From: Cenococcum geophilum
Lineage: Eukaryota
Length of the DNA stretch: 64,000 nucleotides
NCBI GenBank assembly: GCA_050273025.1
Contig: CP158636.1
Coordinates: 5,580,001-5,644,000 of the forward strand
Direction: 5' to 3'
The position numbers were made by a program, and so were the translations under genes. Of this stretch, positions 27,592-42,800 are shown in pieces; position 1 is the stretch's first letter; each line of letters opens with the position of its first letter. The notes beneath the pieces were generated by a model. The model did not search any database, was not told the origin of the DNA, and was given only the letters and a program-made list of their open reading frames with translations.

Positions 27592-30500
27592 TGTCGGAAC
27601 GTTAATCACGTGACGTAGTCACAAGACTACGAAGCGAGACTAACTGTCTGACCTTAGAGTAACCCCTTTCTTCCAAAAATAAATCAACTACCAACTTTAA
27701 CACCGCATACGTACCACTATAAGTGATATTCGTGCACGTTAATAAAGCGAGTATACTGACACTGATTAGTAGACGTATAGATTAGGAAATACGCAATAGC
27801 AAAGCTCGAAACCACGCATTAGCTTAACTGCTAACGCGTTAGATCGCAGAGCTATCGCCCTATTTTAGTTAAAGGAGAAAGCTACGTTACCCTTGAAGCT
27901 CGAGACTACGTATTAGCTTGCTAACGCGTAAGATCGCCTAGAGAATTATATCTTTACTTAGAGAGAGCTACGTTACCCCTTAAAGCTCGAGACCACGCAT
28001 TAACTTAACTGTTAACGTGTTAGATTGCCTAGAGGACCTTAAAGCTTAAGACTACGTATTAACTTAACTGCTAACGCGTAAGATCGCCTAGAGGACCGTA
28101 TCTTTGCTAAGAATCGTCTTCAGTCTTTAGTCTTTAAAAACTGTAGATTTATTAAGGGGACACGCATACACCCTTATACCCTTATCTTTACACCCTTACC
28201 TTAAAACCTTAACCTTAACTTCTAAACAACGACTACCCTTATACCTACCCTCACACCTACCCTTATATATAGAGACATAATAATATGGAAATTGACTGGA
28301 AGAAGAGAATTGCTAAATACGGCCATAGAATCGACCTGGAGACGGCTATGGATGATGATCTAGCGGAGTATATGGAGACCAAGATGCACCTATACACACG
28401 ATTTAACCTTATAGACTATTTACTGTGGATAGTGTTTTAGGAAGATTTTAAGGACTTTATACTAGAGCTCTTTAAACGAGTACGATCCGAAACTAGAGCG
28501 GGAATCCGTAACTACCTAGTTAAGAGAGGAGTATACATTGTTAAGCAAGATAAGAGGTACACCCTTGGTAAGGTGCTGACGGACGTCACCTATAAAGAAG
28601 AGTTTTACGAATGGACGGATAAGGAGCTTATTGCGGCCCTTGCAGAGGTAAAGCTAATAATTACGATAACTCTGCAAGATAGGCTAAATTACACTTATAA
28701 CGGTCTATCGGGTCAGCCTATAGCTATAGTTGCTACCCTACTTGGTCCTCCTCCTGTCTAGTATCTTTACCCTAGTACTGCTAGAGGTAGACTAAACTAT
28801 ACTTTTAATGGTTTAGCTATTGGCCCAGAATTAGTTTAGCCTACGGCTATAACTATAGCTATAGCTATAACACCGCCCGGAACGCAGATACCTACCCCTA
28901 CGATACCTTAACCACCTATTGTATCTATACCCTAGTAAGCTGCACCAACCGCCTCTACCCTTCCTTTAGTAACTGCTCCAACCCTACTACTAGCTGCTCC
29001 GCTAATTCCACTAGCTATTTTAACTGCTGTACTACTAGTTGTCCCGATTGCTGCATCGCTAGCTGTCCTGATTACTGTATTGCTAGCTGTCCTAATTGCT
29101 GTATTGCCAGCCGTCCCGATTGCTGTATCGCCAGCCGCTCCGATTGCTACCCCTGCTGCCCCCGCTGCCCCTACTACCCCTCCCGGTTTATCGGCTTAGC
29201 CTTTAGCTATAGTTGTAATACCGCCTAGGTCTGCTGCACTAACTGCTACTACCCTACCCGGTTCTCCTCCTACTAAGTATCCTTACCCTGTTGTCCCAAT
29301 CGCTGCACCGCTAGTTACCCTAATCGCTGCACCGCCAGCTACCCCAATCGCTGCCCCCGCTGCCCCCGCTGCCCCTACTACCCCTCCCGGTTCTTAATCC
29401 TCCAATTATAACTAATCGCTATAGTCGAGAGAGCAGTAGCTATATATATATACACTACCTAAACCGGCCGTGCCTAGTGTAGAGTAAGGATCTAGGCAAG
29501 GACCTAAATACAGTAAGGAGGTGGCTATAATTGTAAAGATCTATATAGATGATTAGAAGGCTTGCTAGGGAGTTCCTACCTATAGAACTGCCGTCTTAAA
29601 CCCTGGAGAAGACTTGTCTTAGCTAATTAATAAGCTATAGTCTTTAATTGTTGTATAGGAGAAGGAACACCCTATTTAAGGAGTGTATACTACCTTTACG
29701 GATTGCCACTACTATAGTTAAGATTAAGGCCGGAACTATAACCGGAATAATTGAAGCCGTGACCGAAACGGCTAAAACCTTAGCTATAAGGGATTTAAAC
29801 AGTACGTAAGTACTATAGGTGTCAATATAGAGGGGGTTCCAGTTAAAGCCTATAACTTTATTGGCGTAGGTTAAATAAGTAAACTATAAGGTATTGCCTG
29901 GGTGTACGGTAGGGAGTAGGCAATACCCTTATATAGAAGAGAGAGAGATAAACTGGGGGAGGAAGAAGGCTATAAGCCTAAGGAGCTTATAAGGGGTAGG
30001 CCAAGGCCTAGCTAAAGGCTACCCTTAGCAGCCCTAAGAGCTCCTAAGATATAGCTAACCACTAGTGTCTAATACCCGCAGTGTCTAATATCTGCAAAAT
30101 CCGTAAGATTCGCAATATCCGCAAGATTCGCAATATCCGTAATATTCGCAATGTCCGTAATTCTCTACACTGATTTAAAGTCCTTATATAACTGTCTTGT
30201 CCGACTAGGAACTACGTAAGAGAAACGCTTGATAATTGATATTGATAGAGACACTAACCCTGCGGACGCTATAATAAAGGGTAAGCCTTATACGGCACTA
30301 TTACGGCTTATTAACACGAACTAAGTCGATATATAGGCTGTAGGTTAGGTTAAGCGAACGGACCCGACTTTAGCTTAGCAGGGCCGGCAGAATTTGGCAG
30401 AATTGGCAATATGGCAGAATTTAGTAGAATTTGGTAATATGGCAGAATTTGGTAGAAAATCGCTATTGCGTATTATGGACGGAGGAGCTAGCTATTGCGT

Positions 30501-30740
30501 ATACGCTACGAGTAGTCTAGAAGACTTAACTTTGGAGTGTAGATTAGCCTTCTTTTTAGAGTTGCTCTAGTGTCAAAACGTTAATCACGTGACGTAGTTA
30601 TAAGACTACGAAGCGAGACTAACTGTCTGACCTTAGAGCAACCCCTTTCTTCCAAAAATAAATTAACTACTAACTTTAACACCGCATACGTACCACTATA
30701 AGTGATATTTGTGCATGTTAATAAAGCGAGTATACCGACA
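27592..30740 (+). mobile_element. Internally deleted, non-autonomous Copia-type LTR element of a different family
   Basis: 170-bp LTRs (TGTC...GACA) at 27592-27761 and 30571-30740; TSD CTTAG/TTTAG. Holds a gag-like N-terminus with a Pro/Ala-rich tract and a short integrase scrap (GVPV.A.N.IG at about 29830). No RT or RNase H seen. Confidence 0.9.
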
Positions 30741-33700
30741 TTTAGTAAAGGATAATAAAAGCAAGCTAGCTGCGTCTAGGAAGTTAAATAGTTATAAAAC
30801 TAACCCGAATAGAAGTAGGAAACGCCCTTAAGTAAAATCTGTAGTGGGTACCCTTATAGAAAATAGTAATAATAAGCTAGTTATACGCAAAAGGCGATTA
30901 GTAAAGGGAAAATATAACCTATCTACCTATAAGCCTATATTAGTAAGTAACAGCAGTACTAAAGAAATTGCCGTAGATAATAGTAAATTACTGTAATTTA
31001 TTATTAAACCTAAAGGTATATACTAGCCTAATAATATAATAGACAACCCTACTACTATATTACTAACCGTTAATATTCCTTAAGATATTACCGTAAAGGA
31101 TAGTAAATTACTATAATATGCTAATAGATACGATAATTAGTTCCTATATTATACTAACTCTAAAAACATAGAGAGTGGAGACTAAAATAAGAATTTAGTT
31201 AATAATAACGACTAAAATAAGGATTCGGTTAATAATAATAACTAAGACGTAAATATAGAGAAAGAACTTAACTAGTAAACTTTCTTAGCCTAGCTCTATA
31301 AGACTAGAAAGAATAACCTAAATAGCGCACTAGCGTACGTAACGGAGGTAGATCTTCTACTTACTTTAGAGTATTTCCTATTTATCTTATTAAAAGTACT
31401 TTCTAAAACCGCCCTAATTAAACTCCCTAATTAGGGCCTTATATTAGGCTTTAAATTTAGCCTATACTAAGTGGTATATATAGCTTAGGTATTTAAGTAA
31501 GAGGGGACGATTAAAGGAGGCGGTATTTATGTAGATAAACTTAATATAGGTAAGACTATATAAATAATTATTTAATAGCTAATGAACTACTTTTATTATT
31601 AGAATGTAATAGACGTTTAAAAGGCCTAAGCTATTAGAGATGTAACTTACTACCTACCTAAGATATATCTATTGGATATAAAATGCCTATAGGTAGTAAA
31701 GCAGCCGATTATATACTACTACAAAGATAACTCTAAGAAGCTATACCCTATAGACCTATAGCGAGGCTACTTAGTTGTTTTTACGCTGACCCTAGGCCTA
31801 CTAGGATTCCTAAAGAACGTAAGTATAATATTATAAGACGGCGCGATTATAAAGCGCCCTAACCCGCCCTAGATTACAATTCTCGCCCCTAACTATAATA
31901 AAGTTAAGATATTTAGTAAACTAAAAAGGACAAATAGCTGTAAATCTATAAGGCTCTTAAGTAGACTAATAAGGAATAATAGGAGAACGATAATAATATA
32001 TATCTAGTTAGCAAGGCTCTCCTATTACACCTATAGGGTAAAGCTAGGTTTAAGAATAATTATAGCTTTACCCCTAATATAACGGAACTATTAGTGCTAA
32101 GATACTTAACCTAATTCCTTCTAATTACTATACGAAATTATATTACCACATAACTAATACGCGGGTTTATTACTATATAAACTAGTATATAAAAACACCT
32201 AAATAGCTAATTCCTTAAAACGTATTAGAAATTAAAGAGTGTAATATAGGTTAGGCATATCCTTTAGGATAAATACCACCTAAATATAACCGGTAGAGTC
32301 TTAATATTGTTTATTAAGGATATAGTTAAGGAGTACTATATTATATATAATCGCAGCCTTACTATATATGGTATATTTAGTACGCCTAATAACGGAAACC
32401 TAATATAACTAATATAGTTTATTATGGCAGGATTAAAGAGGCTAGAGTAGGAAGAAGCTAATAAGTTAAAGGAAACGGAGTTTAAAGTACTGCTTAAGCT
32501 TAAAGAAGAAAACATCTAGCTAAAGAAGAAGAAATTTAACTATCTTTATAAGGATGCGAAGACTAACCTAGTTAAAGCAATAGTAGATAGGAAATTTGGT
32601 GAACTAGCTATATTTTTCCGCATAGTTATTCTAACGTTTTAGATATATAGAGGGAAGTTAACACACTAGTTTAACCAGCAAAAGCTTGTCCTAAAGAATA
32701 GCTATTTTAAATTAGTTACGTTATAGGCCGACCCTAATAATACTAAGGTGGCTATAATTATAGCTATAGAAGACTAAGTGAGAATAAAGTAGAGGCGCTA
32801 ATATAAGGAACTTCTAGCTATATAGGAGGAAGATAGCAGCGATCTAAATACTAAACCTAAGATATTAAAACTTACTTAAGCTAAGTTATATACTAATGTA
32901 AAAACGGTAGTAAGCGTAGCCTAGGTTATTTAATACTGGGACTAGTATACCCCTATTATAATTAAGTCTAATAAGTCTAATAAGTCTAATAATAAATAAC
33001 TAAAAACTTAAAGTTATACACTTAAGGACCTAATTATTGCTAAGTAGACTACTAACCTACTTAGTAAGGAGTTCACCAATATACTTAACCGCTATTTTTA
33101 ATAGAATGCAAAGTTCTTTTAAGCTAAAAAAAATTATAATTATATTTATATTAAAAAACAAACGGATAGTTTAGCGTATAAGATTATTATTACCACTTAC
33201 TTACCTCTTACACTAGCTTATTAGTTTAATAGGCTATATAAAAAATACGGTAAAAATAAAGTGCTTTACTATGCAGCTAGTATATCTAATATTAAAAAGG
33301 CTAAGGCTAGGCAAACCTTTAACACTAATAACTCTAAGTAGATCCTACTTTATACCTTTACATTAATTAGGCTATCTATTAACCTATAGCGCGCAAATTA
33401 TATTATTATAGTTAAGCTAAGCTATAAGCTTAGGTAAAGTAATTATTCGCTTAGATAGATCAACAAGGATAGACTAAACCCGTCTACTATAGTACTATTA
33501 TAGCTAATTGGAAGTTAAGTATTAAGCAAAGGATATTAAAGTTAACTAAATTTATAATATTACTGTATAAGTTAGTATATAAAGAGAAGGCTAATTTAAG
33601 CTTAAAAGCAGGCTAAGGTAAAAAGGAAGACACTAAGACTATTTAATACTAGTAATAATTATAAGAGTATAATAAAACTATAGATAGTTCTAAATACTAT

Positions 33701-33805
33701 ATATAGCCACTATATAACGAAACCTGTTATAATTATATAGTGGCGTATATATAGGCTAAGGGACATATCTTTTAGTAACTTATAGGTAGTAGCGTAGCGT
33801 ATATA

Positions 33806-36800
33806 ATAATAATTCATTGCTTAACGTCCAATTCGGATCCCTATTGGGCCCACGCGGACTACTCCTTATTTACATATAGGGAGAAAACTCTATTTAAGAA
33901 AAATAAGAAAACCCCATAATCTATCTCCCCGCCTTTTAGGACTCGCCTACTTAGCGCCTACAAGTCGCCTATGGTGCTCTATTACCTTACTATTTAACCT
34001 TCTTAGGAATTACTGCTGCCGTAATAAGCCTACGGACGCGCTAGTATTATAAACTTTTACTCTACTACTATTGGAAACACAGGGTGACTCACCAATAACG
34101 ACTACTCGGGTAGGGTTACAGTGATATTAGTTGATTCTTATTGATAGGAATAAGGAAAGGGGTGAGGAACTTAAGGTTCCTTATTACGCTAGGGCCACGT
34201 CAACACGTAACGGCAATATGCTTCATGTGACGGCAACTTGCCTTATTCCCGACACTAGCAACTCTTCTTTTTATGGTTGCTATATATATATATATAAACA
34301 GATAGTATATAATAATACTAGATAATATATAATAAAACCAGACAATATATAACAAAACTAGACGATATACGATAATGCGGTAGTTAGTAGAATTTAGTAG
34401 ATAACGCGAAGACGGGTAGGCCGCTAAGACGCTAGTAGTAAGCGAGCTAATAGTAATTTTCTATGCCGGGTATGGAAAATCCTAATTAGTTGGTAAAAGT
34501 CTATACCACTACCTAAATTAATTAGGTATAGCGCTCTTAGTAAGGATCTAACTAATTAAATAACTTTAACTAGTGGTTAAAGTTCTATAAGATTTTAACT
34601 TCTTTAAATTTCCCTTTTAACCTAACCTTTAACTTATATATATAGAGTATTTATATTAATAAACGTCTCTAGTGCCTTGTTTGGGTTTGCCTTTATTATT
34701 ATATTTACTAGGTTATCTTAGCTATTAATTTATTAGATCTTAAAGAGTTTTTAACGCTTATAGGACTGCTAAAGTACTATAATATTAATTATAAGACGCT
34801 TCTCCTTTATAGTACTAAGCTTAACTAAACACTTATAGAGGGAATATAAGTTAGTGTATATAATTGTAGGGATAGTAGGAAGTTTAAGCCGGTCTATAAT
34901 TATCTTAAGGGTAGTTCTAATTATAATTGCTATATTAACTCCGCTAACTATTTTATATATCTCTAATGCTAGAACGCTTTAAGTAATGCGCTTACTCTTA
35001 GTTGAGCTCTAATAAATAAGGTTGCCATAGATCGTAAAGTTATTCTCTTTAGTAGATTTATTTGCGATAATAATCTTATATCCTAGCTGGGAGCTAAAAT
35101 CTTTATTATTTATAAACAATCTATTAATAAATATGAAGAGCTTAGTGGTAGGAAGGTTAATAAGCACATAGAGTAGTCCCCTATTGAGATGGTTTATTTA
35201 CTAGGAAAGATGCTTATTTAAGGTAAGAACATTATCCTTAGTTAGTTCCTAGTGTTAAGCAGCAATAAAGAGATTAAAGGAAGCCTTAGGTTGATAGATA
35301 GAAGCTATATAAGCTCTATAAGCGCATTACTCTATATATTCTTGCTTTAGAGAATTAACGTTAATAACGTTAATCTTCTTACTTTAACCCTTCTGGCGTA
35401 GAGTAATAGAGCCCTTATTTAGGGAGAGGATACATCTATTAAAGAGTAATAGTATTACTAAGTTAAGTCTTTCCTTTGGCTTTATTATAAGGTTTATCTT
35501 TATTAGCTTATCTTCTTTAAGAGCTAAGAATTGGTTGTCTCCTAAGATAATTATATTATCTGTTTATATGCTAATAATTCTAAATAGAGTTCCTATAGTT
35601 ATAATAAGGAAGCAGGGATTAAATGTAGAAGTAGTTATTAAAAGCTTCTCCTTATGGTGCTTACTATAGGTAGCCTACTAATAAGTTCCTACCTCTGCGA
35701 TTCTATATAATGGCTTAAGTACAACCATAATTATATCCTTAGGATATTAGTGGCGAATTTGCTCTAGAAGGTATACTAGTATTAAGCGCTAAAGGCGCGT
35801 CTTTAATTAGGTATAGGCCTAAGTAATATCTTATAGGTAAACCGCCATTTTATTCTTTATTAAGGAGGGAGCTAGCGTAATAATAACTTGTTAACTAGCT
35901 TATTAAATTATAGGGGATTATATAAGGATTACTTCCTTACTATTATTATTATAACCTTAAATAACTAGCCTTAACTTCTTAAATGGGGTATTAGTAGTTT
36001 TGCCTTTAATCTTATTAACTATTCTTAACTTAAATATACGGACTCTATCGAACTTAGTAGGGTTATATTTCTTAAATTTAAAGACTCCTCTTATAATAAG
36101 ACTGTTAATCTCCTACTTATTAGATACTTAAAAAGGAGCTCCTAGAGTTATAATATAGCCTTCCTTTTAGAGCTATTTTGCGAGTTTAAAGTTAGCCTTC
36201 TCTTTAGCTATTATAAAGGCTATTAATAGTTTATCTCTATTCTTAATAGTAGTAATAAATTACTCTTCAAAATTAATAAGATGTTGGCAATTTTATAATC
36301 CCTTTAGGTGACCTTTACCGCGTTATAGTTATAGTATATCTACTACAATTATATTAAAATCGCCTTCGCCTTTTAGAGTATGTTAATTGTAGTTCTTCTT
36401 TAAGGTATCCTCTAGGGTATCCTATAAAGGCTTAGAGCTATTATCCCTATAGTAGGGCTTAATAATAGTTAAGTGGAATTGAGTGGGTCTATAGGGCATC
36501 TAAAGAGTATAAGTTTAACTATTAATTATAATGAGTTTATATAGGCCTAACTATCCTCCCTTTTTACGCTATACGCGTACCTCCAATTAGAGTGGCAGAT
36601 TAAGCGTAGTTAAGGTGTTTAGGCCATTTCTTATTCCTAGTGCGTTATTGACCTAGCGTATAGCGTAGAGATATTATACCTCCTTTGTTGCCTTGCGAAT
36701 AGCCTTAGCTTATTATATAATAAAGGGAGATAGTAGAGAATTATTAGTTATTTAAGGGTAGGCGCTAAAGACTAGTAATATAGGTACGAGCCTATTTAGG

Positions 36801-39800
36801 CTAGCGGTATTGTTAATAGCCTTAATAGCTATCTATAGGATAAGCTTTTTACTAGTACCCTCTAGTTTTAAAGAAATAATCTTATATATGCGGCGTAATA
36901 GCGTATAATATTATTTTACTTTTTTAATACTATTATATGCCTTAACGGGGACTTCCTTGACCTTAATTATTATTGCCTTTACCTATTATTAAAACTCTAT
37001 AGATAAGAAGTTCTTTCCTATATTATAAACGATTTAATTAGGGGGTCCTAGGTAGATATTAATTTAGTATAATTAAAGAGTATTCTATGCGTTCCTAGCT
37101 AATATATCTTTTAAAAAGCGTATAGCTTAGAAAGAGGTTAAGAAGTTAATAACTTGGAGTACTAGCTTACCGCTAAGATATATAATATTTATAATAATGC
37201 AGAAGTTAAAGTTATAGTTATCTTTAAGAGTAAACTTAAATCGGCTAGGGGACTTCTGGTTTATTTAGTAGTGGTAATAGTACTTTATAAGATGTTTAAT
37301 TACCTTAACCTTAACTTTATAACCTATTTACTAAAGAACCCTAAGTAATTAGTAAATAGATAGGTGGCTAAAACGATGGTGTAGTTAATGTAACTCTAAC
37401 TTAGTTAGGTGGCTTTAAGTAATACTCCTTTCTAGCTGTTAAAGGAGTAACTAAGGGTAATCTTATTTGCGTATAATGGGCACCTAATTATCTCCCTAGA
37501 TAAGTATATTCTTAAGGTTGTTAAGCTTAATACCTAATTTATTTATATCTTGGATGTAGAATAGGAATGGGGTATTTATAGGGATAATATAGAAAGTAAT
37601 ATATCCTAACGGGGTTTAAACCTTAATTATACTAAAAGAGATTATAGTACCCTTACTAAAGCGAATTATATATTAGCCTACTGTTAATTAGTTAATTTAA
37701 ATAGAGCTATTAAGCTGCTAAAGAGCTCGAACTTAAGGCTCTCTTACTATAAATACTTCTGTAGCTCTAGTATTTGGTATAATGCTATAGAAGACGTTTA
37801 CTAAGTATCTATTGTTAAAGAAGAACGCGGAACTTTCCTTTAGCTTATTAAAGATATCTAACTTTATAATAGAATGGAGCGTAGATTGGTTATTAAGGAT
37901 AGCGACGGTTTGTGTGTTATTTACCTTACTATACTTAGTAAAGTATTAGTTAGGAAAGTAGTCCTTAATTTCTATATCTATAAGGAGCTATTTAGCCTTA
38001 TTAACCTTACCTTTAAAATCTTCTTCGCCTTTATATTAAACTAGGAAGTTTTAGAAGTAAGCTATAGTGACCTTTTGGTTTCTGACGTTTTATACGCTTT
38101 AGTGAAACCTATTATATGCCTCCTTTTATTTATTAAGAGGGTGTCTAGTTAACTAGTAATTTGGCTTCTTATAAACGTAGCACTTCTTCTAATAATTGCT
38201 CCGAAGTAAACCTCTATAAGGACCTCCATGATTGCCTTATAGTTAACGTTAATTATACCCTTTACTGTATTCCCTACTACGTCTACTATATATTTAATTA
38301 GTCCAGTTATAATTATATTAGTTAGCCGGGTTAATTAAGGTAGGTTAGAGTTGGGCGTTAAATTACTATACTTTTTAAGAGTGTAGAGCGGTACTAATAG
38401 AGGATCTTAATTAAGTATATACTCCTTTATAAGTACTTATAGGGTTAAAGAGAGTAAGATTATATTCTTTAATACCTCGGCATACGCTAATAACTTAATT
38501 ATATAGGCTAAGGTCCTCTTAATATAATTTAGATAAACCACGCTAAATTATCTAAAGTTAATTAAAGAGCTTTTAAAGATAATTAAGCTAAGAGATACCT
38601 GGGTTCGTAGCAATAATTCTTAAGAAGGTAGTCTCTCTCTACTCTAATATATATTGCTGCTTATTCTCTTCTATTTTAAAGTGGCATCTTATTTTATATA
38701 TTATTCAGTTAAAATTATATCCTTTTCCTACTAAATAATTATAATAGAAGGTACTAGCGCGGCCTTTAAGCATAACGGAATAGGTATTATAATATTGGTT
38801 AGGTTCTAGTTTAACCTTTTAGCAACAGTTATAGAAGATACGCAGCTTTAAATTAAGGATATTATATAGTTCTCTGCTAAACTTCTTCTCCTAGTCTATA
38901 TAGAGCTTTATAAGCTCTATAAGCATTTTTAAGATACTTCTAAGTAGTATTAGACTACGTTAAAATTATATTAGAGATTAAGGTAGGGATTGCTTTATAG
39001 GCTGTAGTGGAGATATAGGGCTTAGTAGAACATGGCGTAGTACCTAATCTTCTTATAGTAGAGTTTAAAGGTTATTAAATCGCGAAGCAAGGGGATCTTG
39101 CGCTTACTCTTAAGGGGTAGTAGTTAATGTTATTGGTTGAATTAGTGGATTCTAGGGAGCTGGAGATAGAGGTGGAAGCGATGGATATAGAACGTAAGAA
39201 CTTATACCTAAAGTAATAGAATTAGAGCGCGTCTCTATTAGCGTATTATTTGGATTCTATTATAAGTTAAGCTTCCTCTTAGTGCGTAGTTAGTGCTTAA
39301 CCTTTTATGGAGTCTATTTGTGCTCTTCTTTTACGTTAATAACTTACTCCTAGATATTGTCTTTAATGGCACCCCTATCTATAGGGATAAATACTCTATT
39401 CTCCTAAAGGAAGTTATAGAAGTTTTATATAACGTCCTTCTTTATAAGAGCCTATATTTCCTTTATTTATTTAATAAAGTCCTCCTTTATATAACACTAT
39501 AGCTTAGTATTATTATATTTGCTGTCTATATAGTATACTATATAGTATACTAAGAATCTGTTTAGGTCCTGTTCCTTAGCGTTTATAAGGTTAATGTCTA
39601 TATCCTATATCTTTGGATTAATGCTTTTCTTATACTTCTTTGGGTAGGTTAACGCCATAGTAGGTATAAAATTGACGGGGTGTCGTATATTGAAGGTAGG
39701 TAGGGTTTTTAGCTTTGTAGAATCTCGTAGGTTTGCTATTAAAAGGTAGGTAATTAAGATATTGTTAACGCGTTTCGGACGTTAACTTTGGGACTGTAGG

Positions 39801-42800
39801 TTTAGTAATACTTCTGACCTAAAGTACTTAACTAAATCTTTATATGCGTAGTTGTTTAACGCGTTTTAGACGTTAATTTTGGGACTATAGGTTTAGTGAC
39901 ACTTCTAACCTAAAGTACTTGACCAAATCTTTATAAACGTAGTTGTTCTATATAATAGATGTAACTTAGTATCTCCTAGTACTTAGTGACACTTCTATTA
40001 CTAGTTTTCCGCAAGTCTAAGGTAGTATAGTATCGCCGGGATCTATTCTATATGAGCGCATATGGCACCCCTATATAAGATTGTCTCTTCTATTTAAAAA
40101 CCTAGCTGCTCTATGGTTGACTATATATTTAACCACTAATTAGTGTTAGAAATATAGGGTGACTTACTAATAATGACTACTTAAGTAAGGTTATAGTGAT
40201 ATTGGTTAATTCTTATTAATAGGAATAAGGAAAGGGGTAAGGAACTTAAGGTTCCTCACCACGCTAGGGCCATGTCGACACGTGACGGCAATATGCTTCA
40301 TGCGATGGCAACTTGCCTCATTTCTGACAACTACTGTAGAGTTACTAGGGGGCACCTACTGCTTACCCCCTTGCCTTTTATTACTATTTCCCTTATAATC
40401 CGGAACTAATTTAGTATATTTTAACTAATAAGCCACTAGGTAACCGCCTTAAGGCCTTTTTATATTAAGAGTAGTGTATTATAGTTCTCTATGCCAGCTA
40501 CTAAGAGTATTATTTCTTAATTAGTGCGTAGGGGGTATAGTAGTATTACGTGTTTTAGTGTCTGTCTTAGCTAGCTATATTCGTATCTTGGGCTACCTAC
40601 TAGGATACCTACCTAGTAAAGCTAATCTTTTAGTCCTATTATTCCTATTTTTAAGAGTATTGCTATTATATTTTCTACCTTTATTAGGCCTTCTCGGAGC
40701 CCTTAGGTATTTACCCCCTATAGCGTTAACTATACTATAGCTTAGGTTTATTTTACCTAAGTTAGCCTCTATACCTTTAACTCCTATTTACCTCTCTAGC
40801 ATTAGTCTAACCAGTATTATATTACGGTAGATAGTTTCCTAGCATTCTTATATATTCTACTTTAGCTCCTTTTTCTATCTTACTATTATCTTTACTAACC
40901 TCTTACGCGTCTCCCTTCTTCCTCTATATAGGCCTAGGCCCTAAAGCGGCACTATTCTTCTTCTGCTTTCTTTACCTATTTCTCTAATATCTCTTCCCTA
41001 CTTTAGGGTTATTGGTTTGTTCTTCTATGGGGCACCCTAGAGTTCCTCTATAGTTTACTTAGGCGTGTCTTAATATACTTTATAATATTAGAGTTACGTT
41101 TATTTTGTGTTCTTTATATTATAGCGGCTTTAATATATAACTATAGGGGGGGAATATTGGATTCCTTCTTAAGCAGTGCTGTGGCCGTTCGCTTATACCC
41201 GCCTATAATACTCTAAAGGTAGGCTGTTTAGACCTTTTAAAGTAGTTTATGGAGTAATTTAGGGGGGCCCTTCTTAGTTTCTCTAATGGCCTAAATACTG
41301 GATCTATATATTATAGTTGGCCGGACAACTGCTGTATATAGTAGGCGTAACCTCTAGAAGTATGGACCCTATATAAAATTAATAATTCTAGATAAAGTAA
41401 TAAACTATGCTTAGCCTTTACGGGCCGCTTACGCCGTATATGCGCTTTACTAGAGCTTGCTATCTACCTATACTCCTAATACCCTTAGGCCCTAAACTAG
41501 TTAACCCCTAAAGCCTTAAATGCGAATTATATGCTAGAGATCTATAGATTGGTTGCGTTTTCTTATAAAATGGATTAGCTGGTATTTCTCTGGTGAGAAT
41601 TGGACTCTATAACATTTTGCTTATTCTATATAAGTATTATAAGCTTTCTCTAATATTCTGCAATTCTCTATAGCTATTAGCCTGTATATAATTAGGTTTA
41701 TATCGTTAATAAAGCCTATTCCCTAGGTTGCCCCTTCCTTAAAAGAGTTAAGCAGGTTGCTTATAAAGAAAAGGAAGAGTATAGGTGAGAGGGATAATTC
41801 TTATAGTATTCCTATTATAACTATAATAGGGGGGCTCTAGTATCCGCTAAAGACTAGTAATATTTCTTTCTAGCCTATAAACCTTTAGATAAATTGTATA
41901 ATCTATTCTAGGAAGCCCTTTACCCTAAGGATATGTAGGAGACGCTTATAGGGTATATTATTATAGGCACTACTAATATCTAGGCTAAGTATTAATACTA
42001 TAAAGTCCTTTCGCATCGCCTATGTAGATTTAATAGTGGTAGCGAGTAGCGTAAGTGCTAATAGTGTTAAGCGGTTCTTTCTTGCCCCTATTTGGCTTTG
42101 TGGTAGTAGGGCGTATTCCTCTACTGTGTCTGCTATACGTTCTGCTATTACCCTTTTTAAGATCTTACTAAGGGTGTTTTCTAAGGCAATAGGGCGGTAG
42201 CTTCCTAGGATTAAGTAATCTGCTTTACCTTCTTTTTATAGAATAACCGTTATTATAGATCTTCTAAGTTATGGGTAGTAGCCTATAGTAAAGTATGCTC
42301 TAGCTATATTTGCAAGCCAGGGTGCTATAAGTGGCCTATAGGTTTTTAGGGCCTTATTTAGAATCCTATTTAGTCCTAGTACTATATTGTTTAAAAGGCG
42401 GCTAATGGTTCTAGCTATTTCCTCTGTTATTATGTCGCTGTTAACCTACAGGCGAGTTACTAGTGTTTTACCCGTAATGTTACTAAGGTCTACTAGAGCC
42501 GGTTAGGGGAAGAACCTTTCTATAAGGATCTTTGCCTTCTTATCATTGTTATTTATAGCCTGTAATTCTCCTGCTCTTTATAGGGGTAGTAAGTATAAGT
42601 CTTCTGCTAGGCGCCCTACCTTTTTTTTTACCCATTTTGCTATAGCCTAAAGGCCCTTATTATAGGGGAGGCTTAAGTTAAAAGTATACTCGTTTATAAA
42701 CCATCTCTAGTTATTCCTTACTTCTTTTTTTAGGGTATTCTTTAGCTAGTTTCTTATGTCTTTATATTATCTCTCGTCTTTAGGGTTATGGCTACTTATA

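Larger units (their letters stand above)
20300..33655 (+). pseudogene. SNF2-family (SF2) helicase/ATPase, RIP relic, split by two LTR insertions (pieces ~20300-20744, 26806-27591, 30746-33655)
   Basis: GGGIY(A)D(E)L.(M)GKT at about 31515-31557; HIL(W)D(E)(C)HL at about 32256-32282; INL(Q)RAN.III.(EP) at about 33378-33420. Inclusion of the two upstream pieces is inferred from coding-like sequence across the TSDs. Confidence 0.75.
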
